Below are positions 9,055 to 16,947 of a DNA stretch of 32,000 nt, piece after piece. Origin of the DNA: Mycobacterium tuberculosis H37Rv (lineage in GTDB: Bacteria > Actinomycetota > Actinomycetes > Mycobacteriales > Mycobacteriaceae); contig NC_000962.3 of assembly GCF_000195955.2 (NCBI RefSeq), positions 690,001 to 722,000 on the forward strand, in the 5' to 3' direction. A program made the position numbers and the translations under genes. Every line of letters starts with the position of its first letter. Positions within the stretch are counted from its first letter, which is position 1. Below the pieces are notes generated by a model. That model did not search any database, was not told where the DNA came from, and saw nothing but the letters and a program-made list of their open reading frames with translations.

Positions 9055-9799
9055 GCCGTCCTCCGTCCTTGCGCAGCCGGTATCCGGCACCGCGAATGGT
9101 TTCCAGCGAGGTGACGCCGAAGGGCCGGTCGATCTTGTCGCGCAGGTAGCGGATGTAGACGTCGACGATGTTGGAGCGGGCCTCGTAGGCGGCGTCCCAG
9201 CAGCGTTCCAGCAGCTGGGCGCGGGTGTGGACGATGCCGGGACGGCGGATCAGGGCTTCCAGCAGGGTGAATTCCTTGTGACTGAGCCGGATTTCGGTGT
9301 CGGCACGCCAGACTCGGTGTTCGCTCGGGTCCAGGCGTAGATCGCCGGCCTCCAGCGTCGGTGGGCGTGGGATGGGCCCGCGCCGTGACAGCGCGCGCAA
9401 CCGGGCGAACAGTTCGTCGAGGTTGAACGGTTTGGTGAGGTAATCGTCGGCGCCGCCGTCTAGGCCCGCGATGCGGTCGGTGACCGCGCCGCGGGCGGTA
9501 AGCATCAGCACCGGTGTCCACACCCGCTGCCGTCGCAGCCGCGCGCATACCTCGAACCCGTCGATACCGGGCAGCATCACATCCAGCACCACCGCGTCGT
9601 AGTCACCGCCGTCGACGGCCGCCACCGCATGGCGGCCGTCGGCAACGGTGTCGACCGTGTGGCCCTCCTCGGTCAGCGCCCGCGCCAGCAGCGCCGTCAT
9701 CTTGGGCTCGTCCTCGACCACCAGGATGCGCACACCCGACACCCTGCCGCATGCCCGGCCCGGGCCGCGACCAGCTCTCATCGTCGTTTCATCTGCCAC
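9038..9799 (-). CDS. tcrA: OmpR-family response regulator TcrA
   Basis: 253 aa; receiver domain RILVVEDEPKMTALLARALTEEG...DAVVLDVMLPGIDGFEV, C-terminal winged helix LSHKEFTLLEALIRRPG...NIVDVYIRYLRDKID. Confidence 0.93.
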   Translation of the reverse strand: MADETTMRAGRGPGRACGRVSGVRILVVEDEPKMTALLARALTEEGHTVDTVADGRHAVAAVDGGDYDAVVLDVMLPGIDGFEVCARLRRQRVWTPVLMLTARGAVTDRIAGLDGGADDYLTKPFNLDELFARLRALSRRGPIPRPPTLEAGDLRLDPSEHRVWRADTEIRLSHKEFTLLEALIRRPGIVHTRAQLLERCWDAAYEARSNIVDVYIRYLRDKIDRPFGVTSLETIRGAGYRLRKDGGRHALPR

Positions 9800-9855
9800 C
9801 CCTACCGTCGGAGCCGCACACCGTCACAGCGAGGTAGACAGATCAGGAGAAAGCG

Positions 9856-10167
9856 ATGAATCGCATCGTGCAGTTCGGAGTTTCCGCCGTGGCCGCGGCG
9901 GCGATCGGCATCGGAGCCGGGTCGGGGATCGCGGCGGCGTTCGACGGCGAGGACGAGGTGACCGGCCCCGACGCCGACCGCGCGCGCGCCGCCGCGGTGC
10001 AGGCGGTCCCGGGCGGCACCGCCGGAGAAGTCGAGACCGAGACCGGCGAAGGCGCCGCCGCCTACGGCGTGCTGGTCACCCGGCCCGACGGCACCCGTGT
10101 CGAGGTCCACCTGGACCGGGATTTCCGGGTTCTGGACACCGAACCGGCCGACGGGGACGGCGGTTAG
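9856..10167 (+). CDS. Small exported PepSY-like protein (Rv0603-like)
   Basis: 103 aa; signal peptide MNRIVQFGVSAVAAAAIGIGAGSGIAAAFDG, then AAVQAVPGGTAGEVETETGEGAAAYGVLVTRPDGTRVEVHLDRDFRVL resembling a PepSY domain. Confidence 0.82.
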   Translation: MNRIVQFGVSAVAAAAIGIGAGSGIAAAFDGEDEVTGPDADRARAAAVQAVPGGTAGEVETETGEGAAAYGVLVTRPDGTRVEVHLDRDFRVLDTEPADGDGG

Positions 10168-10238
10168 CATCGGCGCATGCCCGCACCGGGCCACCGATAG
10201 CCTCCGGGTGCGCACCGATGAGATCTAGCGAGGAGACC

Positions 10239-11189
10239 ATGATCAGGCGACGAGGCGCCCGTATGGCCGCGCTGCTGGCGGCGGCCGCGCTGGCACTGAC
10301 CGCATGCGCGGGCAGCGACGACAAGGGCGAACCCGACGACGGCGGGGACCGGGGCGCATCCTTGGCCACCACCAGCGATGCGGACTGGAAGCCGGTGGCC
10401 GACATTCTCGGCCGAACCGGCAAGCTGAACGATGGCAGCGTCTACAAAATCGGGTTTGCGCGCTCGGATCTGAGCGTGCAGACCAAGGGGGTGACCGTCG
10501 CCCCCGCGCTGTCACTCGGGTCGTGGGTCGCGTTCGCCCGCACCCCCGACGGGCAGACCATGCTGATGGGAGATCTGGTGGTCACCGAAGACGAGCTGGC
10601 CTCGGTGACCGACGCCGTGCAGGCCGGCGGCCTGCAGCAGACCGCGCTGCACAAGCACCTGCTCGAGCAGTCGCCGCCGATCTGGTGGACCCACATCGCC
10701 GGCCACGGCGACGCCGCCGACCTGGCCCGTGCGGTCCGGTCGGCGCTGGATGCCACCGACACACCACCGCCCGCCTCGGCAACTTCCGGCCAGACCAGCT
10801 TGGACCTGGACACCGCGGCCATCGATGAGGCGCTGGGCCGCTCCGGCACCATCGCGGGCGGGGTGTACAAATTCTTCATCGCCCGCCGCGATCCGGTCAC
10901 CATGTCCGGCATGCTCATCCCCCCGTCCATGGGTCTGGCTACCGCCCTCAACTTCCAGCCCACCGGCAACGGCCGCGCGGCGATCAACGGCGATTTCGTC
11001 ATGACCGCCGCCGAGGTCCAAGACGTCGTCCAAGCACTGCGCGGCGGCGGAATCGACATCGTCGCCATACACAACCACGGGTTCGACGAACAACCACGCC
11101 TGTTCTACATGCACTTCTGGGCCGAGAACGACGCCGTCGCACTCGCCCGCACGCTACGCGCCGCGGTGGACGCCACCGCGGCCCGGTGA
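10239..11189 (+). CDS. lpqO: Lipoprotein LpqO, DUF1259-like repeats
   Basis: 316 aa; lipobox LALTAC; two related blocks (GRTGKLNDGSVYKIGFAR... and GRSGTIAGGVYKFFIARR...). Confidence 0.85.
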   Translation: MIRRRGARMAALLAAAALALTACAGSDDKGEPDDGGDRGASLATTSDADWKPVADILGRTGKLNDGSVYKIGFARSDLSVQTKGVTVAPALSLGSWVAFARTPDGQTMLMGDLVVTEDELASVTDAVQAGGLQQTALHKHLLEQSPPIWWTHIAGHGDAADLARAVRSALDATDTPPPASATSGQTSLDLDTAAIDEALGRSGTIAGGVYKFFIARRDPVTMSGMLIPPSMGLATALNFQPTGNGRAAINGDFVMTAAEVQDVVQALRGGGIDIVAIHNHGFDEQPRLFYMHFWAENDAVALARTLRAAVDATAAR

Positions 11190-11246
11190 CCCCGCGCCCC
11201 GGCGCATACCGACCCGCCGCGAACCACCGGTGGCGGACGTGGTCAT

Positions 11247-11368
11247 GCAGGCGTCGTGCGATGACGTCCTCGTTCAATGGGCCATGTTCGGCCGGGATCC
11301 TCGCCACGGCACGGTCGCATGGAACGCTTCGGCCACGGTGGCCACCCTATGCCGCGTCGAGCCGGGGC
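11247..11368 (-). pseudogene. Relic copy of the 5' end of the SEC-C gene at 16948-19515
   Basis: gcaggcgtcgtgcgatg.cgtcctcg.tcaatgggccatgttcggcc... matches 19425-19546 closely, with an indel (ggcacggtcgcatgg vs ggcttgggtcgcatcg). Confidence 0.8.
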
Positions 11369-11429
11369 TGCCAACTGTTGCGCGGTGAGTGGTCGGTAGT
11401 TGTCGGTGGCGTGCTGTAGGAACAGAGGT

Positions 11430-12014
11430 ATGAATCTCGCGGCGTGGGCCGAGCGCAATGGCGTCGCGCGGGTGACCGCGTATCGCTGGTTCCACGCTGG
11501 GCTCTTGCCGGTCCCGGCCCGGAAGGTTGGTCGACTCATTCTGGTCGACGAGCTGGCTAGCGAGGCTGGCGCGCAGCCAAAGACTGCGGTGTACGCGCGG
11601 GTGTCGTCGGCTGATCAGAAGTCTGATTTGGATCGGCAGGTGGCGCGGGTGACTTCGTGGGCCACAGCCGAACAGATCCCGGTCGACAAGGTTGTCACCG
11701 AGGTCGGGTCGGTGCTCAACGGGCACCGACGTAAGTTCCCTGCGGTGCTGCGCGATCTGTCGGTCACGCGGATTGTGGTTGAGCATCGGGATCGGTTCTG
11801 CCGGTTCGGTTCGGAGTATGTCCACGCTGCGCTGGCCGCTCAGGGTCGGGAGTTGGTCGTGGTGGACTCGGCCGAGGTTGACGATGACCTGGTATGGGAT
11901 ATGACCGAGATTCTGACCTCGATGTGCGCAAGGTTGTATGGCAAACGTGCTGCTCAGAACCGGGCCAAGCGGGCCGTCGCGGCTGCCGCTGTCGATGATC
12001 ATGAGGCGGCCTGA
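11430..12014 (+). CDS. IS607-type serine recombinase (resolvase)
   Basis: MerR-like N-terminus MNLAAWAERNGVARVTAYRWFHAGLLPVPARKVGRLILV, catalytic domain TAVYARVSSADQKSDLDRQVARV...; upstream in-frame extension possible. Confidence 0.88.
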   Translation: MNLAAWAERNGVARVTAYRWFHAGLLPVPARKVGRLILVDELASEAGAQPKTAVYARVSSADQKSDLDRQVARVTSWATAEQIPVDKVVTEVGSVLNGHRRKFPAVLRDLSVTRIVVEHRDRFCRFGSEYVHAALAAQGRELVVVDSAEVDDDLVWDMTEILTSMCARLYGKRAAQNRAKRAVAAAAVDDHEAA

Positions 12015-12015
12015 G

Positions 12016-12759
12016 ATGCCGCGTTTGGAGATCCCCAACGGCTGGTGTGTGCAAGCGTTCCGGTTCACACTCGATCCGACCGCCGAGCAGGCACACGCGT
12101 TGGCGCGGCATTTCGGCGCCCGCCGCAAGGCCTACAACTGGACCGTCGCGCAGCTGAAAGCCGATATCCAAGCGTGGCGCGCGACCGGCGCCCAGACGGC
12201 GAAGCCGTCGCTTCGGGTACTGCGGAAACGCTGGAACACGGTGAAAGACGAGGTGTGTGTCAACGCCGAGACTGGCACCGTGTGGTGGCCGGAATGCTCG
12301 AAAGAGGCCTACGCCGACGGGATCGCGGGCGCGGTCGACGCGTACTGGAACTGGCAGCAGAGGCGTGCTGGCAAGCGCGACGGCAAGAGAATGGGCTTCC
12401 CTCGATTCAAGAAGAAGGGCCGCGACGCCGATCGCGTGTCGTTCACCACGGGTGCGATGCGCGTTGAGCCCGACCGTAGACACCTCACTTTGCCGGTGAT
12501 CGGCTGCGTGCGTACGCATGAGAACACCCGCCGCATCGAGCGCCTCATCGCCAAAGACCGGGCGCGGGTGCTGGCGATCACGGTGCGCCGCAACGGCACC
12601 CGGCTGGATGCGAGTGTGCGGGTACTGGTGCAGCGCCCCCAGCAACCCAACGTGGAACTGCCTGAGTCGCGAATCGGTGTCGACGTGGGTGTTCGTCGTC
12701 TGGCCACGGTCGCCACCGCGGACGGCGCATGCTGCCCGGTCCTGGTGCCAGACGGCTAA
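12016..12759 (+). pseudogene. Truncated TnpB (OrfB) transposase-accessory nuclease
   Basis: 247 aa, N-terminal half typical of TnpB (RRKAYNWTVAQLKAD, GFPRFKKKGR) ending just after the first RuvC Asp (IGVDVGVRRLATVATADG). Confidence 0.85.
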
Positions 12760-12812
12760 CGCTGGGCATTATCCCCGAGGGCGGCGCCCATATCGACGTG
12801 CCCCGAAAGACC

Positions 12813-13199
12813 GTGGGCGCCTGGCAAACAGCCGACACCATGGGCATCTTCCAGGCCCTTCCCGACGTCTGGGGCGGGTGGCGGACCGAATGCTGGGAAG
12901 ACCGCTTCGAAGAGCAGCTGATTCGATGCAACGGGGCGCTGCGGCTTCCCGAGCTGGATTTGGCCGCGGGCATGGACAGCGCCCGGGAGTGGCTCCGTGA
13001 CAGGATATTTCAGCGCTTCTCGGACAGCCCGGCAGGCCAAATTCTGAAACTCTCCGAGCTGCTGGCCGATGTCGGACCCGGTCTGGTCGTCAGCGACGAT
13101 GCCGTGACGAATGGCGGGGCTCGCCCAAACAACGAAGAGTGGGCGCGTTTCGTTGCGGCGTGCGATCTGGTGCGTGGGGCTCACGCCGAATCGGCCTGA
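12813..13199 (+). CDS. Hypothetical protein (Rv0607-like); possible 3' remnant of a larger gene
   Basis: 128 aa from GTG 12813; open frame extends upstream to the TnpB breakpoint region. Confidence 0.6.
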   Translation: MGAWQTADTMGIFQALPDVWGGWRTECWEDRFEEQLIRCNGALRLPELDLAAGMDSAREWLRDRIFQRFSDSPAGQILKLSELLADVGPGLVVSDDAVTNGGARPNNEEWARFVAACDLVRGAHAESA

Positions 13200-13243
13200 C
13201 TTCGGGGATAGTGGTACCATCACTTTGGTAGAAGGGTACTAAC

Positions 13244-13489
13244 ATGGCGTTGAACATCAAAGATCCGTCGGTTCACCAGGCGGTCAAGCAGATCGCGAAA
13301 ATCACCGGCGAATCTCAGGCTCGGGCGGTGGCGACCGCGGTGAACGAGCGTCTGGCCAGACTGCGCAGCGACGATCTCGCCGCCCGGCTCTTGGCTATCG
13401 GCCACAAGACCGCGAGCAGGATGAGCCCGGAAGCAAAGCGCCTCGACCACGATGCTCTGCTGTATGACGAGCGAGGGCTGCCGGCGTGA
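13244..13489 (+). CDS. vapB28: Antitoxin VapB28 (Rv0623-like transcription factor family)
   Basis: 81 aa [40 protein letters not shown]; overlaps a PIN toxin gene. Confidence 0.9.
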
Positions 13490-13887
13490 TCGTCGACACG
13501 TCGGCGATCATCGCGATTCTGCGCGACGAGGACGACGCCGCGGCCTACGCCGACGCGCTCGCCAACGCCGATGTCCGCAGACTGTCTGCGGCCAGCTACC
13601 TGGAATGCGGGATAGTCCTTGACTCCCAGCGTGATCCGGTCATCAGCAGAGCACTGGATGAACTTATCGAAGAAGCCGAGTTCGTCGTCGAGCCGGTAAC
13701 CGAGCGCCAGGCCCGCCTGGCCCGAGCGGCCTACGCGGATTTCGGCAGAGGCAGCGGCCACCCCGCGGGCTTGAATTTCGGCGACTGCCTGTCCTATGCA
13801 CTGGCGATCGATCGACGTGAGCCGCTGCTGTGGAAGGGCAACGACTTTGGGCACACCGGCGTCCAAAGGGCACTGGATCGGCGGTGA
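13486..13887 (+). CDS. vapC28: PIN-domain toxin VapC28
   Basis: 133 aa [24 protein letters not shown]...[35 protein letters not shown]. Confidence 0.92.
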
Positions 13888-13911
13888 TCGACGTCAGCCT
13901 GGCGCGGCGGT

Positions 13912-13980
13912 GCGAGGCTCACGGGTACGACTATTTTCGTTCCGACGATCCGGTGGCAGCGGCGGGCTTTGTGGTGTCCG
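13912..13980 (+). repeat. 69-bp copy of Rv0612-like coding sequence (partner at 16790-16858)
   Basis: Both encode GYDYFRSDDPVAAAGFVVS; nearly identical DNA (tccgacgatccggtggcagcggcggg shared exactly). Confidence 0.85.
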
Positions 13981-14216
13981 CTGTGTGGAGTTGTGGGCGT
14001 GGACCTGGGAACGCCACGGGTTCCGGGCGTTTGCCGAAACCGCTGCGCCACAGTTGATTTGGCGGGAGTACAGACCCGGCTGGACCCGATACGGCGACGG
14101 ATCTGTGGCGCAGGTCAAATCGATCTTCGACGCTCCGCGCGGTTACCTCAATGCGGCGTGTCGTCGGCGTGTTGTACATTGGGCATCGGGACTCCTGAGA
14201 AGGATCCTGTAGGCCG

Positions 14217-14239
14217 CAGCCCCACCCACGGGTGGGGCT
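14217..14239. other. GC-rich hairpin AGCCCCCACC-cacg-GGTGGGGCT (one-base bulge)
   Basis: Self-complementary arms in a non-coding stretch; no U-tract, so function uncertain. Confidence 0.35.
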
Positions 14240-14474
14240 GACGTGCGTCCAAGGGGGCCAGATCTGGCAGACCTTCATCTTGTTTGCGACGATGTCCCAT
14301 AATCGTTGGTGGTCTTCACCGACCGGGCGTCTTTGACGTCTGACCGACGCCTCCGAAAGTGGAGGTAGGACACAAGGTCGGCAGCTTGCAGCAGGCGACG
14401 GTGTTTCGAGGGCGCGAAATGCAGTGCGTCGACGCCCGCTATTCCTCACCGCCGCGGTTTCCTCGGTGGCAATC

Positions 14475-14672
14475 TCACTTCGTCGAGCCGCGGGCACGGC
14501 TTTCGAGATAGAGGTCGATATGCCCACAAGTCTCGCAGGCAACGGCGTTGACCTGGGTGCCGCGATTGAAGTGGCCGGCACCTTCGCGCTTGAAACGCAG
14601 CGGCGCGTTCCAGACGACGGCCCCTTCGACGAGCTGGTCGCCCCCGCATCTCACGCACTTCTCGTCGGTCAC
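14475..14672 (-). CDS. Small zinc-ribbon protein
   Basis: 65 aa from GTG: MTDEKCVRCGGDQLVEGAVVWNAPLRFKREGAGHFNRGTQVNAVACETCGHIDLYLESRARGSTK; two CxxC pairs and a strong Shine-Dalgarno (GGGGAGG) about 6 nt upstream. Confidence 0.6.
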   Translation of the reverse strand: MTDEKCVRCGGDQLVEGAVVWNAPLRFKREGAGHFNRGTQVNAVACETCGHIDLYLESRARGSTK

Positions 14673-14751
14673 GACGCCTCCCCTTCTCTGCGGCTGGCCA
14701 GGCTACGCCCAGCGCTTGATGCCCAGGAAATCCACGGCGCCGCCGCTAGTT

Positions 14752-15909
14752 TCACCTGAACGACGCCGCGCGATCACGAAGCTTTCGGATCGCCCGTGCG
14801 GTAAACGCTTGCGGCTCCAGATGCCACAGGTGCGCGCCTTCAGGTGTGCGCAACGCCGCGAAAGGAACCCGCTCACCACACACGAGCTTCTCCAGCTCGA
14901 GTGCCCAGCCTACGGCCAGGGCGGCACGCTGCCGGTGCCAGGCGTCAGCGCGCCACGTCAGCCGGGGCAAGCCGGCGAGTTTGCTCTGGATGCTTTGGCG
15001 GAGTTTGCCGGCGCAGAGGATCCGGGACGGAACCGAGCCCAGACCTTCGGTGTCGGACGCCGGAGCGACGCGGGTGAACGCGATCTCCCGGCGGTCGTAG
15101 TTCCACCAGGCGCGCGCGACGGTGACCTCGCCGACCGGGGTCGCACGGTTGGACAGTTCGCGCTTTTCTTGACGCGCCCCATGCTGATCCAGCCACAGAT
15201 GGATTTCGGCAACCGTGCGGGCGGGCAGTGGCTCGGCGTTCGGGCGCGGATCGCATCCGGCGACCAGCATCGCGGGGACGTGCGGCGGCCACAGCTGGGC
15301 GAGTGGACGCAGCGGATTGAGCCGAACGCCGTCGAAGTCGCTGCGTTTGGCGAGGTCGCCCCAGAGTGCGGGACCCAACCGCACGACGTCGAGTCCGCGG
15401 TGTCGCTCGGTTCGCCGGAATGTCGCCGCCGCGTCCGGCGCGGTCATGATCGTGATGACGTCCAACCCGTCGGCGCGGTGAACGGCGGGCCGGCCGGTGC
15501 CCGGGGAGACGGCAACCCACCACGGCCCTTCGTACAGCAAATCCCGCTGGCCGGGGCCCGGTTTGGCAACGGCATCCTCGAGCTCGACCGTGCGCGCCCA
15601 GTTCTGCAGCTCGGGCAGCGCACCCGGCCGGAACGCCGAACCCCACGGTTCGTCGGGATCGAATGACAGGCCACCGACGAGCGGAGCGATGTCGCGAACC
15701 AGTTCCAGGCCGGAATATTCGCGGCCGTCCGACGCCGAACTCTCGGCGATGAGCATCGGTGTGCCGTCATCGAGCGCCACGGTCTCGAGTTCGCCGTCTA
15801 TCTCGGCGACCCGCCACTTCGGGTAGCGCAGTATCGCGCGCCGCGCGTCGTCGGCGGAGAGTTCTCCGCGCGCATATCGGGCCAGTAAGCCCCGTAGCTC
15901 GTCGTCCAT
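14752..15909 (-). CDS. Hypothetical protein (Rv0610c-like)
   Basis: 385 aa ORF with natural protein composition (MDDELRGLLARYARGELSADDARRAILRYPKWRVAEIDGELE...); preferred over the 372-aa antisense ORF. Confidence 0.6.
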   Translation of the reverse strand: MDDELRGLLARYARGELSADDARRAILRYPKWRVAEIDGELETVALDDGTPMLIAESSASDGREYSGLELVRDIAPLVGGLSFDPDEPWGSAFRPGALPELQNWARTVELEDAVAKPGPGQRDLLYEGPWWVAVSPGTGRPAVHRADGLDVITIMTAPDAAATFRRTERHRGLDVVRLGPALWGDLAKRSDFDGVRLNPLRPLAQLWPPHVPAMLVAGCDPRPNAEPLPARTVAEIHLWLDQHGARQEKRELSNRATPVGEVTVARAWWNYDRREIAFTRVAPASDTEGLGSVPSRILCAGKLRQSIQSKLAGLPRLTWRADAWHRQRAALAVGWALELEKLVCGERVPFAALRTPEGAHLWHLEPQAFTARAIRKLRDRAASFR

Positions 15910-15960
15910 CGGCCATCACCCGGTCGGGTTGCAGCATCCGCCACAGAACAAAGCGGACGA

Positions 15961-16182
15961 CTACGCCACCTCGCGGACATGCGGAATCTCCCGCCGCCGT
16001 CGTGGTCGGATATCGTCGCCGGCCAACGTGACGACCGCTACCGTGCAGCCGTTCGCGGCGGTAAAGTCGACTTCGTAGCCACCCGCGGCGTAGCGCCCGA
16101 CGACGGCACCGACGTCTCCGGCGATGAGGGATTTGTCGGGAACATCCCGTGTTAGCACCACAACATCGTGTTCTGCGTACAT
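15961..16182 (-). CDS. Small DUF4926-like protein (Rv0611c region)
   Basis: 73 aa from internal ATG with GGAGC upstream: MYAEHDVVVLTRDVPDKSLIAGDVGAVVGRYAAGGYEVDFTAANGCTVAVVTLAGDDIRP. Confidence 0.65.
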   Translation of the reverse strand: MYAEHDVVVLTRDVPDKSLIAGDVGAVVGRYAAGGYEVDFTAANGCTVAVVTLAGDDIRPRRRREIPHVREVA

Positions 16183-16323
16183 CGGTCCGCTCCTAGCGTG
16201 GATAGGCGGTAACCAATCGAGGCACGCCGTCGGGTTCGTCGCTGATCCACACTGTACGCAATGCAACCATCCGGCCGCACCGTGATTCCACGACACCATC
16301 GACGATTGCCGTGACGCCGTAGG

Positions 16324-16929
16324 GTGTTGGGGCCGATCCGGCAACCGCGCCTGACGGTGCGGCCAGGGCGGCTGCCGGGGATGATCGCCGGCGTGGCGGC
16401 GAAACGAATGAACCGCGAACAGTTCTTCCGCGCGGCGTCGGGGCTCGATGAGGATCGCCTACGGAAGGCGCTGTGGAACCTCTACTGGCGCGGCACCGCA
16501 AACATGCGGGAGCGCATCGAGGCCGAGCTGGCCAGCGCCGGGCGCGCTCGCCCGGCGCGCAAAATAAAGCCGCCGGCCGATCCGGACATCGTGGGTTGGG
16601 AGGTCGACGAGTTCGTGTCACTGGCGCGGTCGGGTGCCTACCTGGGCGGGGACCGGCGGGTGTCGCCGCGGGAACGATCGCGCTGGCGTTTCACCTTCAA
16701 GCGGCTCGCCGCGGAAGCCCAGGACGCCCTGCGAGCCGAGGACGCCGAGCCCGCGGCATCCGCACTGGAGCAACTGATCGACCTGGCGCGCGAGGCCGAC
16801 GGGTACGACTACTTCCGCTCCGACGATCCGGTGGCAGCGGCGGGTTTCGTCGTGTCCGATGTGGCGGCGGCGGGCCACCCACACTTCCGTGAGTTCGCCG
16901 CCGAGATCGGTGCGGCGATCCCGCCGTGA
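16324..16929 (+). CDS. Hypothetical protein (Rv0612-like); real start may be ATG 16408
   Basis: 201 aa; core MNREQFFRAASGLDEDRLRKALWNLYWRGTANMRERIEAEL...; shares GYDYFRSDDPVAAAGFVVS with the 13912-13980 copy. Confidence 0.7.
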   Translation: MLGPIRQPRLTVRPGRLPGMIAGVAAKRMNREQFFRAASGLDEDRLRKALWNLYWRGTANMRERIEAELASAGRARPARKIKPPADPDIVGWEVDEFVSLARSGAYLGGDRRVSPRERSRWRFTFKRLAAEAQDALRAEDAEPAASALEQLIDLAREADGYDYFRSDDPVAAAGFVVSDVAAAGHPHFREFAAEIGAAIPP

Positions 16930-16947
16930 GTACCGCCCGCCCGGCTA

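Larger units (their letters stand above)
11430..12759 (+). mobile_element. Partial IS607-family element (IS1536-like): serine recombinase plus truncated TnpB
   Basis: Adjacent recombinase and TnpB genes in the IS607 arrangement; TnpB ends early at about 12745. Element ends not defined by me, so coordinates cover the coding portion only. Confidence 0.75.

Noticed and set aside
11430-12759. An active TnpB RNA-guided nuclease system
   Set aside because: TnpB lacks most of RuvC and the element's right end (guide RNA region) is missing.
14217-14239. GC hairpin as an intrinsic terminator or small RNA
   Set aside because: No U-tract and no promoter evidence; kept only as a low-confidence structural feature.
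14548-15666. 372-aa plus-strand ORF opposite the Rv0610c-like gene
   Set aside because: The minus-strand 385-aa frame has more natural protein features; the plus frame is probably a shadow ORF, although neither has a strong domain hit by eye.
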